Assembly: GCA_017616695.1 (NCBI GenBank)
Contig: JAFZXN010000054.1
Span: 35,849-99,848, forward strand
Direction of reading: 5' to 3'
Length of the DNA stretch: 64,000 bases
Source of the DNA: Clostridia bacterium
GTDB taxonomy: Bacteria; Bacillota; Clostridia; Christensenellales; Borkfalkiaceae
Below, piece after piece: positions 54,861 through 64,000 of this stretch (positions are counted from its first letter, which is position 1; the number at the start of each line of letters is the position of its first letter). The position numbers and the translations under genes were made by a program. The notes under the pieces were generated by a model. The model saw only the letters and a list, made by a program, of their open reading frames with translations, did no database searches and had not been told where the DNA came from.

Positions 54861-55220
54861 TCAGTTTCTTTCCTTTCGTCCCGCGGGATCCCAGCCCATC
54901 TTTTCGCCGGAAAGAACGTGGATATGAAGGTGCGGAACGGTCTGACCTGCGTCGTCTCCTTGATTTATCACGAGCCTGTAACCGTTTTTAAGCTCGAGTT
55001 TGTCGCATAAAGCAGGTATCTTTTTCAAAATGCGGGCTAAAGCGAGCGCGTCGCACTCCGTCATATCCGCAAGCAATTTAAAGTGGCTCTTGGTAATAGC
55101 CAGAAAATGGTTTTTACATTGCGGGTTTATGTCGCGAATGACGATAAAATCGTCGTCTTCGTACAGTTTGTCGACGGGTATAGCGCCGTTTATAAACTTA
55201 CAGAACAAACAATCTTCCAT
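54861..55220 (-). CDS. HIT (histidine triad) family protein
   Basis: 119 aa. CLFCKF zinc-type N-terminus and HLHIHVL triad. Confidence 0.9.
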   Translation of the reverse strand: MEDCLFCKFINGAIPVDKLYEDDDFIVIRDINPQCKNHFLAITKSHFKLLADMTECDALALARILKKIPALCDKLELKNGYRLVINQGDDAGQTVPHLHIHVLSGEKMGWDPAGRKERN

Positions 55221-55294
55221 ATAATATCTCCGTTAAATTCGATTATTTTTAAAGCTTTACGCTTTGATTTTTCGATAATTTACGCCGCCAAAGC

Positions 55295-56533
55295 CTATTT
55301 GACGATTTCGGCGATCGCGCCGTCTTCAAAGGAGGACTTAATTAAAACGTCGATTTTTTCCCCTACGGGCAATCGGCCGCTGACGTAAACTCTTATATAG
55401 TTAGCAGAATAGCCGACGGAATAACCGTTTTTGAGTTCTTCGACTATAAAAGACAAGCTCTTACCGACGTACTTTTCGATATAAGCTTTTTTAAGCTCGT
55501 ATTTAAGCCCGATAAGTCTGTCGAGCCGTCTCTTTTTTACGTCGGGAGCAAGCTGTTTGAGTTTATAGCCGACCGTGCCTTCCCTCGGCGAATACTCGAA
55601 ACAATGAATATCGGAAAACGCTATTTTTTTGCAGAAATCATAGGTTTTTTCAAAATCTTCGTCCGTTTCGACGGGGTAGCCCACTATAACGTCGGTGGTA
55701 ACTGCCGCGTCGGGAAAGTTCCTTCTGATAAGCTCTACCGAATCGGCAAACGCCTCCGTCGTGTAATGCCTGTTCATTTTTTTCAGTACGTCGTCGCTCC
55801 CCGACTGAAGGGATAAATGAAAGTGCGGAGCAAAATCATAAAGCGATTTTAACGCCGAAACAAGCTCGTTACTTACGACGTTATCTTCAAGCGAGCCGAG
55901 CCTTATCCTGAATCGGTACTTTTTTAAAGCGGAGATAAGGTCGGGAAGCTTTTTGCCTTCGTAAGAATAAGCCGAAAGGTTGATGCCCGTAACGACGACT
56001 TCGGACGCGGTAACGCCGTCAAGCTCGGATATAACGTCTGCGATATCGCGGGAACGCGATCTTCCGCGAAGATACGGTATTATGCAGTACGAGCAAAAAT
56101 TATCGCAACCGTCCTGAATTTTTAAATAGTAGCGGACTTTTTCGACTTCAAGAGGATAAAATCTGCGGTAATACTCTTTGGAATCGTCTATAAAAACGCC
56201 GTTTTGATCGAGTATATCGATTATCTTATCTTTATTTATCGCGCCGGTAACGAGGTACACGCCGTCTTTATTTAAAAAGCTTTCGGGTGATTTTTGCGAA
56301 GCGCAGCCGGTGACTATTATCTTTGCGTCGGGAGAATACTTTTTGGCTCTTGCTATAGCCTGACGCGATTTCTTTTCCGCCTCTTTTGTAACGGCGCAAG
56401 TATTGATAATATATAGGTCGGCACGGCAAAGCTTCCCGCTTACCGTATAACCGAGTTCACTGAGCCCGCGCATCAAAGACGAGCTTTCGCAACTATTTAC
56501 TTTGCACCCCAAAGTAAAAACGCAAGCTTTCAT
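55295..56533 (-). CDS. mtaB: tRNA t6A37 methylthiotransferase MtaB
   Basis: MiaB-like: FTLGCKVN N-domain, radical-SAM CDNFCSYCIIP, TRAM C-terminus. Start taken at the ATG at 56533 (the track uses a TTG at 56545); neither has a clear SD. Confidence 0.85.
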   Translation of the reverse strand: MKACVFTLGCKVNSCESSSLMRGLSELGYTVSGKLCRADLYIINTCAVTKEAEKKSRQAIARAKKYSPDAKIIVTGCASQKSPESFLNKDGVYLVTGAINKDKIIDILDQNGVFIDDSKEYYRRFYPLEVEKVRYYLKIQDGCDNFCSYCIIPYLRGRSRSRDIADVISELDGVTASEVVVTGINLSAYSYEGKKLPDLISALKKYRFRIRLGSLEDNVVSNELVSALKSLYDFAPHFHLSLQSGSDDVLKKMNRHYTTEAFADSVELIRRNFPDAAVTTDVIVGYPVETDEDFEKTYDFCKKIAFSDIHCFEYSPREGTVGYKLKQLAPDVKKRRLDRLIGLKYELKKAYIEKYVGKSLSFIVEELKNGYSVGYSANYIRVYVSGRLPVGEKIDVLIKSSFEDGAIAEIVK

Positions 56534-56600
56534 AATAAATCGCAAAATATCAGTTTATATCAATGATTTTAAAAGTTTTTATGACACGCATAAGTGTCGT

Positions 56601-57539
56601 TTAAGCAAAAATAAGGACTATTGCGGACCATTCGCCGACGGTAGTTTTTTCCTTTAAAGTAAAGCCGAGCGGTAAAAACGCCGAAAGAACTTTATCCACC
56701 CTGTCGTTCAATATGCCGCTCATTATAAGGACTCCGTTCGCCTTTATATAACCGAGTATCTCTTCAGATAGCAGTACGAGTATTTCGGCGGTGATGTTGG
56801 CTACGACCATATCGGCTTGCGCCTTTATACCGCCCGAAAGCTCCGCAAGCATGGGCTTACAAATATTTTCAACGCCGTTATAAACCACGTTATGTTTTGC
56901 CGCGTCTATCGCCTTTTCGTCGTTATCCGTCATATATACGGTCGACGCGCCGAGCTTTGCCGCTGCGATACCGAGTATGCCGCTACCCGTTCCGACGTCC
57001 ACGACCACACTGCCCGCCGTCATATATTTTTCGATATACCCGATGCACATAGACGTAGTTTCGTGTTCGCCCGTGCCGAAAGCCGTATTCGTTCCGATAT
57101 AAACGACGGGTTTTTTGCCGGTATATTCTATCCATTCGGGACAGACGTCAATCTTTTCAAATTCGTGAACTTTGAAATGCTTGCGCCATATCTCTATCCA
57201 GTCGTCGCCGTCGACTATACGAGTCACGAATTCGAGACTTCCGAAGTCGATAAAACCATCGGATAAAGCTTTCATTTCATTAAGCCTTGCGGATATCGCC
57301 GAAATTTCTTCGTCTGCCGTTTCAAGCGGAAAATATCCTTTTACAAGCGAAACGTTCTCGTTGCCCGAAAACACCGATTCGTCGATATAATCAAATTTTA
57401 CGCGCTTATTTGAAGAAAGCTCGATAACGTCTTTAAGCGATGATACGGCAACGCCGTAGTCGGTATGATCCCAAAAAACGTCGGCTACGAGTTCTTCGCC
57501 CGCCGCAGTTGTCGTCACGGTCAATTCTTTGTATTTCAT
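56601..57539 (-). CDS. prmA: Ribosomal protein L11 methyltransferase
   Basis: 312 aa. SAM motif DVGTGSGILGIAA and GILNDR near the C-terminus. Confidence 0.92.
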   Translation of the reverse strand: MKYKELTVTTTAAGEELVADVFWDHTDYGVAVSSLKDVIELSSNKRVKFDYIDESVFSGNENVSLVKGYFPLETADEEISAISARLNEMKALSDGFIDFGSLEFVTRIVDGDDWIEIWRKHFKVHEFEKIDVCPEWIEYTGKKPVVYIGTNTAFGTGEHETTSMCIGYIEKYMTAGSVVVDVGTGSGILGIAAAKLGASTVYMTDNDEKAIDAAKHNVVYNGVENICKPMLAELSGGIKAQADMVVANITAEILVLLSEEILGYIKANGVLIMSGILNDRVDKVLSAFLPLGFTLKEKTTVGEWSAIVLIFA

Positions 57540-57717
57540 AAAGATATTTTATCATACCCGCAGAATTTTTTCAAGGTAATAAAGCATCTTTTTCTTATAA
57601 GCCGACTGCAAATAAAAAAAATTTATTTTATATTCGTTTTACGCGCCCGTTGACTTGATTTAAAACGAAATATTTGTTAATATATTAAAGATAGTTTTTA
57701 CATTTGGCGGGTACGTT

Positions 57718-59205
57718 ATGAATAGGATCGGTTTCGATAACGAAAAGTATTTGAAAATGCAGTCGGAAAACATCAATAAGCGCATTTCGCTGTTCGGCGG
57801 CAAGCTTTACCTCGAATTCGGCGGAAAGCTTTTCGACGACCATCACGCCTCGCGCGTGCTGCCCGGTTTCGAGCCTGACAGTAAGCTAAAAATGCTTTTG
57901 AAGCTTAAAGAAAAAGCCGAACTCATAATCGTTATCAACGCTAACGATATCGAAAAAAACAAGGTCAGAGGAGACCTCGGCATCACTTACGATCTCGACG
58001 TTTTAAGGCTTATTGACGCGTTCAGGAGCGTAGATCTGTACGTCGGCAGCGTCGTACTTACCCGCTACGCAAAACAGCCCGCCGCGGAAAAATTCGTAGC
58101 AAGGCTCGAATCTTTGAATATCAAAGTCTATAAGCATTACAGCATAAACGGTTACCCGAACGACGTCGACACAATTTTGAGCGACGAAGGTTTCGGCAAA
58201 AACGACTATATCGAAACGTCAAGACAGCTCGTCATAGTGACCGCGCCCGGCCCCGGAAGCGGAAAAATGGCGACTTGCTTATCGCAGCTTTACCACGAAA
58301 ACAAGCGCGGCGTAAAAGCCGGCTACGCCAAATTCGAGACTTTCCCGATATGGAATATCCCGCTCGGTCACCCGGTAAACGTCGCTTACGAGGCCGCGAC
58401 CGCCGATCTTAACGACGTCAATATGATAGACCACTTTCACCTCGAAGCCTACGGAACGACCGCCGTCAACTATAACCGCGATATCGAAAGTTTCCCCGTT
58501 CTCGACGCAACTTTTAAAAAGATCTGGGGATATTCTCCGTACAAATCGCCTACGGATATGGGCGTAAATATGGTGGGTAACTGCATTTGCGACGACGAAG
58601 TTTGCAAAGAGGCCGCCAAACAGGAGATAATCCGCCGCTATTTCGACGGTATGTGCGGCTTGAAACAAGGCATCGTGCCTTCATTCGTCCCCGCCAAACT
58701 CGAACTTTTGATGAAACAGATAGGACTTACCGTCGAAGACAGAAAAGTCGTCGTTGCGGCAAGGCAAAAAGCCGAACTGACGGGTGCGCCCGCGGCTGCT
58801 ATAGAACTCAACGACGGAGCTATCATAACGGGCAAAACGTCGTCGCTGCTCGGTGCGTCGTCGGCAATGCTTCTTAACGCATTGAAAGCTCTTGCAGGAA
58901 TACCCGACGAAGTGGAACTTATATCCCCCGCGATAATAAAGCCCATTTGTCACTTGAAAGTCGACCATCTCAAAAACACCAACCCGAGATTACATACCGA
59001 CGAAATTTTGTTGGCTTTGACCATATCGTCCACCCGCTCCAAATACGCCGAATTGGCTATGGAACAGTTGTCAAACCTTAAAGGGCTTGAGATGCATTCG
59101 TCCGTCATCTTGTCGCAGGTCGATAACAAGACGCTCAAAAAGCTCGGCATAAACATTACTTGCGAGCCCGAGTACCAGACCAAAAAACTTTATCACGCAA
59201 AATAA
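57718..59205 (+). CDS. DUF1846 / UPF0371 family protein
   Basis: 495 aa. N-terminus GFDNEKYLKMQSENI...LYLEFGGKLFDDHHASRVLPGFEPD is characteristic of UPF0371 (from memory). Confidence 0.85.
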   Translation: MNRIGFDNEKYLKMQSENINKRISLFGGKLYLEFGGKLFDDHHASRVLPGFEPDSKLKMLLKLKEKAELIIVINANDIEKNKVRGDLGITYDLDVLRLIDAFRSVDLYVGSVVLTRYAKQPAAEKFVARLESLNIKVYKHYSINGYPNDVDTILSDEGFGKNDYIETSRQLVIVTAPGPGSGKMATCLSQLYHENKRGVKAGYAKFETFPIWNIPLGHPVNVAYEAATADLNDVNMIDHFHLEAYGTTAVNYNRDIESFPVLDATFKKIWGYSPYKSPTDMGVNMVGNCICDDEVCKEAAKQEIIRRYFDGMCGLKQGIVPSFVPAKLELLMKQIGLTVEDRKVVVAARQKAELTGAPAAAIELNDGAIITGKTSSLLGASSAMLLNALKALAGIPDEVELISPAIIKPICHLKVDHLKNTNPRLHTDEILLALTISSTRSKYAELAMEQLSNLKGLEMHSSVILSQVDNKTLKKLGINITCEPEYQTKKLYHAK

Positions 59206-59225
59206 TATATCGACGCATTTTAAAC

Positions 59226-59257
59226 GGCTTTCGCAAAATAAGCGAAAGCCGATTTTT
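59226..59257 (+). terminator. Rho-independent terminator after the DUF1846 gene
   Basis: GGCTTTCGC-aaaataa-GCGAAAGCC followed by GATTTTT. Confidence 0.7.
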
Positions 59258-59295
59258 AACGTACGCAAAATTCAAGCATTGTAATATTCGGTATT

Positions 59296-60516
59296 TTAAG
59301 CCCAATTTCCGTTCTTGAAAATAGTAATTTTCTTGCTGTCTTTCGTCTCGCCGATTATTTCGAGATCGGCGCTTCCTATCATAAAGTCAACGTGTATCAC
59401 CGAGTCGTTTATGCCGTTTTTATGCTGTTCTTCCTTCGTCATATTCTCGTAACCGAACAGACAATCGGGGAAGCCTCTACCGAGAGCTAAATGACAGCAG
59501 GCGTTTTCATCGAAAAGCGTTTCGTAAAACAAAAGCCCGCTGTTATTGATGGGGTTGTCGAACGGAACGAGCGCGCACTCGCCGAGCATACAAGCGCCTT
59601 CGTCCATTTGGATCATGCGCTTTAAAAGCTCCTCGTTCTTTTCGGCGTGGACCTTATTCACTTTGCCGTCTTTGAAAGTAATCGAGAAGTTTTCGATGAG
59701 CTGACCGTAATAGGAAAGCGGCTTCGTTGCGACGACGGTGCCTTCGCACGCGCCGTATTTCGGCGACGTAAATATTTCGAGCGACGGGATATTCGGGTTG
59801 AAGTTAACGCCCGAAAGAGTGGTGTCGTAACCGCCGCAGAACTTTCCGAGCTCGTTCAAAGTAACGTTGAAATCGGTGCCGTTAGAAGACTTATAATAGA
59901 GCTTTTTGAGCTTCAAACTGTTCAGATAATCGCATTTTTTCTTTATTTCGGTGTTAAAATCGTTCCATTTTGCGATAGGGTCTTCGGTAACCAACGAGCA
60001 GTCCAAAATAGCCTGCCAAAGCTTTTCGATAGCGACGCTCTTTCTGTCGTTCGGGAATACCTTTTTTGCCCACTTTTCGCCCGGAGCGGCGGCGATACAC
60101 CACTGATATTTCGACTCGATCTTATCGCGATACGGCTTTGCCACCTTGCTTCTTGCTTGCCCGACCTTCATGAGTTTTTCCTGATTTATGCCCTTTAACC
60201 CGTCGGGATCGTCCGAAACGATATATAGCTTGGCGGGAAGCTTGTCCACCGCCCATTCGAGTTTTGCCGTCTCGAAACTTTCATATTCCGACAGCGCCTT
60301 TACGCTTCCGCCAATATATTGAGCCTTATCGACAAGATCGGAATAAAACTCGACGAAAACGCTCTTCGCTCCCGCCTGATAGAGTTTTTTTACGACCATG
60401 GCCGTAAATTCGGGTTGTTCTACGCTCGCATCGATGGTAACGTACTGTCCTTTTTGGATATTCAAACCCTTTTTAACTATAAGCTCGGCATACTTTGCCA
60501 ACCTTGTTTTGTTCAT
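59296..60516 (-). CDS. Aminopeptidase, M29 (AmpS/PepS) family
   Basis: 406 aa. LAKYAELIVKKGLNIQKGQ N-terminus and HLALG / HVDFMIG metal-site motifs. Confidence 0.88.
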   Translation of the reverse strand: MNKTRLAKYAELIVKKGLNIQKGQYVTIDASVEQPEFTAMVVKKLYQAGAKSVFVEFYSDLVDKAQYIGGSVKALSEYESFETAKLEWAVDKLPAKLYIVSDDPDGLKGINQEKLMKVGQARSKVAKPYRDKIESKYQWCIAAAPGEKWAKKVFPNDRKSVAIEKLWQAILDCSLVTEDPIAKWNDFNTEIKKKCDYLNSLKLKKLYYKSSNGTDFNVTLNELGKFCGGYDTTLSGVNFNPNIPSLEIFTSPKYGACEGTVVATKPLSYYGQLIENFSITFKDGKVNKVHAEKNEELLKRMIQMDEGACMLGECALVPFDNPINNSGLLFYETLFDENACCHLALGRGFPDCLFGYENMTKEEQHKNGINDSVIHVDFMIGSADLEIIGETKDSKKITIFKNGNWA

Positions 60517-61361
60517 TATTTATTTCCTCCGTTTACAATATTTGCAAGATTTTTAAGCGCGCTTTCAAAGAAAACGCCGTACCAATGCTCTTTGGCGTAT
60601 GGCATTGTAAGTTTCATAGCTTCAACCGTGAAATCGACGGCGATCTTAGCACTCGAAAAGGGTGTGAACCCACCCATAAGCGCGCCGGTAAAAGCACTCG
60701 AATACACGTCGCCCGTGCCATGGAAGTTTTTCGGCAGTTTTTCGCCGAAATAATAATCGGTCGCGTCCGACTTATAATCGTAGCAGGCTATGCCGAGTTC
60801 GTCCGCCGAAAAGCTTACGCCCGTCAAAACGACCGTCTTTACGTCGAGTTCGACGGCGAGCCGCCTTGATAAAAGTTCGATATATTCCTTGTCGTAGCCT
60901 TCTAAAACAGGCTCATCGCCCAAAAGGAACGCCGCTTCCGTGAGATTGGGTAAAATAACGTCGGCGCCCTTGCAAAGCCTCGCCATATCGCGGGCAAAAG
61001 CCTCGTCGAAACCGTAATAAAAGCTGCCGTTATCCGCCATTACGGGATCTATTATTTTAAGACCTTTATTGAACTTTTCGCAGATACCGATGACGTCATC
61101 GATCTGATCTTTCAAAACGTAACCCGTGTAAACGCCGTCGAAAGTTACGTTTTCCTTTGCCCAATGCGCAATTATTTTCGGAAATTCTTCGGTCAAAGAA
61201 AGGACGGTAAAACCCGTAAAGCCCGCCGTGTGCGTAGATAATATCGCGCTCGGCAAAATGGACGTTTCAACTCCGCAAGCGGAAATTATCGGCAGCGCCA
61301 CCGTGAGCGAGCATTGACCGACGCAGGAGATATCCTGTATTGTAAGTATCCTTTTCTGCAT
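60516..61361 (-). CDS. pdxK: Pyridoxamine/pyridoxal kinase (ribokinase superfamily)
   Basis: 281 aa. ILTIQDISCVGQCSLTVALPI N-terminus and C-terminal GTGDVYSSAFTGA. Its stop overlaps the aminopeptidase start (TAATG). Confidence 0.8.
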   Translation of the reverse strand: MQKRILTIQDISCVGQCSLTVALPIISACGVETSILPSAILSTHTAGFTGFTVLSLTEEFPKIIAHWAKENVTFDGVYTGYVLKDQIDDVIGICEKFNKGLKIIDPVMADNGSFYYGFDEAFARDMARLCKGADVILPNLTEAAFLLGDEPVLEGYDKEYIELLSRRLAVELDVKTVVLTGVSFSADELGIACYDYKSDATDYYFGEKLPKNFHGTGDVYSSAFTGALMGGFTPFSSAKIAVDFTVEAMKLTMPYAKEHWYGVFFESALKNLANIVNGGNK

Positions 61362-61372
61362 AATTTTTACTC

Positions 61373-62527
61373 CTAAAACCTTACGACTTCGACGGTATTC
61401 AAAGCGTTTTCGATAAGTTCTTCGACGTTTAACCTTGCTTCGGCTTTTAAAACCGTTTCAAGCCTCGGTTTTATCGCGGGGAACTTTGGCAAAAACACCG
61501 TGCAACAATCTTCGTAAGGCAGAATTGACGTGTTGAACGTGTCTATTTTATTGGCAATTTCGATTATATCGAGCTTATCAAAGGCAATAAGCGGACGAAG
61601 AACGGGCATTTTTACGACGGAATTGGAACTCGTGATGCTCTCTATCGTCTGGCTGGCGACCTGACCTAGGCTTTCGCCCGTGATTATCGCCTGCCCGCCG
61701 TGCTTTAAAGCAAGTCGCTCGGCGATACGCATCATGAACCTTCTCATAAGCGTTATCATAAGTTCTTCGGGGCAATTTTCGTGAATGGCCTCCTGTATCT
61801 CGGTAAACCTTACGATATAAAGGTCGATACCGTTACAGTATTCGGCAACGCGGCCCGCAAGCTCTTCCACCTTTTCCCTTGCCGCAACGCTCGTATACGG
61901 ATAGCTGTGGAAATGCACGGCGTCGAGTTTCATACCGCGCTTTGCCATCATATAGCCCGCGACGGGGCTGTCTATCCCGCCGGAAAGCATGAGCATACCG
62001 CGCCCCGACGACGACGTGGGAAGACCGCCGAGCCCGTGGAAAATTTTACTGAAAACGAGCGTTTTTCCGCCTTCTCTTATATCGACGTAAATAACGTTTT
62101 CGGGAGAAACGACGTCGACTTTCAAATTTGGATAATTGTCGAGAACGACGCCGCCCATCTCGCGTGAAACTTCTACGGAATTGAGACAAAACGTCTTATC
62201 GGCACGGTTCGTATCTATTTTGAAAGTTCCCGAAACGTCCTTTGCAAGGGACAAAACGGCTTGGGAAATATTTTCGAGCGAAGTGTCGACGACAAAGCTT
62301 TCCGAATAAGAATGTATGCCGCAGATCTTATTCAGCTTATCGAAAATGCGCTCGGCGTCGGCTTGGTCGTAGTCGCCGATGAGATAGCGAGCGTTGAGCT
62401 TACTGAACGTGTGCGGGATATCTTTGAGATTTCTTTCGATATTTTCTATCAAAAGCCGCTCGAAATAGCTTCTGTTTTTTCCTTTTAAATGTATCTCGCA
62501 ATAGCGGACGATAATAACTTTATTCAT
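61373..62527 (-). CDS. thiI: tRNA 4-thiouridine(8) synthase ThiI
   Basis: 384 aa. THUMP region and PP-loop SGGIDSPVA. No rhodanese domain. Confidence 0.92.
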   Translation of the reverse strand: MNKVIIVRYCEIHLKGKNRSYFERLLIENIERNLKDIPHTFSKLNARYLIGDYDQADAERIFDKLNKICGIHSYSESFVVDTSLENISQAVLSLAKDVSGTFKIDTNRADKTFCLNSVEVSREMGGVVLDNYPNLKVDVVSPENVIYVDIREGGKTLVFSKIFHGLGGLPTSSSGRGMLMLSGGIDSPVAGYMMAKRGMKLDAVHFHSYPYTSVAAREKVEELAGRVAEYCNGIDLYIVRFTEIQEAIHENCPEELMITLMRRFMMRIAERLALKHGGQAIITGESLGQVASQTIESITSSNSVVKMPVLRPLIAFDKLDIIEIANKIDTFNTSILPYEDCCTVFLPKFPAIKPRLETVLKAEARLNVEELIENALNTVEVVRF

Positions 62528-62536
62528 AATTATTTT

Positions 62537-63667
62537 TTAAGCGCGCCTTTTAGGTGCGATCTTGTAATTGAGTTTTTCTGCGATGGCGTTCAAGGTTTTT
62601 GCGGCGGAAACTACGTCTTCGCACTTCGTTTCCGGCGAAAAACTAACTCTTAAAACTCCGTCGAGCACGTTTTTGTCGTTTTCAAAGGAAGAAATTATCC
62701 TCGAATGCGGGTTTTTGGAAGAACACGCCGAACCCGTGCCGATAATATAACCTTCGTCGTCCGCCATGGCCTGAACGACCTGCCCTCTTAACCCGACCGC
62801 GGAAAAAGACACGACGTACGGCGAGGCGTTTTCGGGAGAAATCATCTTGAAATATTTGCCGTCGAGCGCGTTTATAAAGGCCTTTTTGCACTCGCACGCC
62901 ATATCGAAATACTCGCTTAAATTATCGTTATATTTTTCCGCGCAGTCTGCAAAAACTTTGATACCGAGTACGTTTTCCGTGCCGCTTCTTAAGCCTTCTT
63001 CCTGCCCGCCGCCGAAAACGTACGGCTGAAAACGCAGCTTTTCGTTATAGATGAGAGCGCCCGTACCTTTGAGCCCGCCTATCTTGTGCGCGGAAACGCT
63101 GTACAGATCGACGTTTTTCAGCTTTGAAGATATCTTACCGAACGCTTGCACGCCGTCGCTATGGAAAATAACTTTATCGTTTATTTTTTTGACCGCCGCG
63201 GCGATCGCCTCTATATCGTTTATCGCTCCCGTTTCGTTTACGACGTGAACGACGCTTACCAAAGTCGTATTCTCGTCAACGAGCGACGTCAAATCGTCAA
63301 CGTTGACCGCGCCGCCGGATTCAAGCGAAGCAAAACGAACGTCGAAACCCTTTTGTTTAAGGGCGTTACAGCAGTTATATACTGCCGAATGTTCGGCTTT
63401 CGTCGTGACGATATTTCCCCTTTTCGCAAACGAAAAAATTGCCGTGTTGTCGGACTCGGAGCCGCACGACGTAAATATGACCTTCTTGCCGAAATATAGC
63501 CTTTCGATCTTATCGCGAGCCTCGGCGATCATCTTTTTTGCCGCCATACCGCCGCGATAAAGCGCCGACGGATTGAAAAAAATCTCTTCCGTAAGCCTTA
63601 CCGCATTTGAAACGATATACGCATCCGGCTTGGTCGTAGCGGCGTTGTCAAGATAAACAATGTTCAT
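62537..63667 (-). CDS. Cysteine desulfurase (NifS/IscS class V aminotransferase), partner of ThiI
   Basis: 376 aa. PLP-lysine context SVSAHKIGG and active-site loop GSACSS. Confidence 0.9.
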   Translation of the reverse strand: MNIVYLDNAATTKPDAYIVSNAVRLTEEIFFNPSALYRGGMAAKKMIAEARDKIERLYFGKKVIFTSCGSESDNTAIFSFAKRGNIVTTKAEHSAVYNCCNALKQKGFDVRFASLESGGAVNVDDLTSLVDENTTLVSVVHVVNETGAINDIEAIAAAVKKINDKVIFHSDGVQAFGKISSKLKNVDLYSVSAHKIGGLKGTGALIYNEKLRFQPYVFGGGQEEGLRSGTENVLGIKVFADCAEKYNDNLSEYFDMACECKKAFINALDGKYFKMISPENASPYVVSFSAVGLRGQVVQAMADDEGYIIGTGSACSSKNPHSRIISSFENDKNVLDGVLRVSFSPETKCEDVVSAAKTLNAIAEKLNYKIAPKRRA

Positions 63668-63723
63668 AAATATCAGATATCAGCGCAAATTTTAACGTGC
63701 TTAAAATTCGCAGACAGTAAAAA

Positions 63724-64000
63724 CTAATTGAGTGTGACGACGGTCGCGCCGTTTAAACCCTCGGTATAGGTTCCGAAACGGAAACTTTTTACGCGCTTAT
63801 CCTTTTTGAGATAGTCTTGTATGGACGAACTTAAAATATTGAGTCCTTTTCCGTGGATTATCCTGACTTCTTCGACGCAGTTCATCACAGCCGAATCGAT
63901 AAAGCGGGCTACGGCGTCGAGCGCCTCTTCACGTCTCATTCCGACGACGTTGAGTTCCGTCGAACCCATAGGCGCAACGCTTTTTGTAACTTTAACGCCC
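63724..64000 (-). CDS. mutS2: Endonuclease MutS2, C-terminal Smr domain (5'-partial; N-terminus outside window)
   Basis: The frame is open to the window edge. ELNVVGMRREEALDAVARFID...IIHGKGLNILSSSIQDYLKKDKRVKSFRFG is a typical Smr domain. Confidence 0.8.
   Translation of the reverse strand, partial: GVKVTKSVAPMGSTELNVVGMRREEALDAVARFIDSAVMNCVEEVRIIHGKGLNILSSSIQDYLKKDKRVKSFRFGTYTEGLNGATVVTLN

Noticed and set aside
59647-60198. 183-aa plus-strand ORF. The same applies to other 100-150 aa antisense ORFs such as 7409-7861, 13054-13470, 16728-17138, 23038-23496, 33161-33616, 54025-54423 and 56817-57266.
   Set aside because: Each lies wholly inside a well-supported gene on the opposite strand. None has an SD or recognisable motifs.

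Overview
This is a chromosomal, overwhelmingly housekeeping segment. It appears to come from a mid-GC Firmicute, probably an endospore-forming Clostridia-type organism, based on a ytfI/ytfJ(gerW)/DD-carboxypeptidase cluster, scpAB, GGAGG-type ribosome-binding sites and a Firmicute-type LexA box. I call 57 protein-coding genes (52 on the minus strand), 5 tRNAs, and a set of promoters and terminators.

Gene content:
- Translation and tRNA/rRNA modification: mnmE, cca, proS, dtd, miaA, miaB, mtaB, thiI plus a cysteine desulfurase, rlmN, rsmB, rluB, an RluA-type synthase, prmA, rpsU, def, fmt, rsgA.
- Replication and repair: polA, mutS, mutL, priA, ligA, pcrA, lexA, and the mutS2 C-terminus.
- Metabolism: tkt, dxs, rpe, coaE, thiamine diphosphokinase, pdxK, glgB.
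- Envelope: a class A PBP, a DD-carboxypeptidase, a lytic transglycosylase, and M50 and CPBP proteases.

I see no transposase, integrase, phage gene, CRISPR-cas, toxin-antitoxin pair or recognisable defence gene. I therefore do not claim a new multi-gene system.

The only accessory-looking locus is 15.1-18.9 kb. Two convergent tRNA-Leu genes bracket an orphan glgB and a four-helix-bundle (23S-IVS/Avd-family) gene. That segment is bounded by a 93-nt inverted repeat, a duplicated tRNA-Leu 3' end, and two unusual arrays built from the heptamer CTTCATT/AATGAAG alternating with small hairpins.

Lesser items worth a second look:
- A LexA box shared by lexA and a divergent 80-codon Cys/His-rich ORF.
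- An rsgA whose OB-fold region has no canonical start codon.
- A recurring 18-nt intergenic motif (3 copies in the first 7 kb).
- A 45-codon ORF below the track cut-off.
- Gaps in the conserved yloC-to-thiN gene cluster.

All family assignments come from motifs visible in the translations and from memory. No database search was run.
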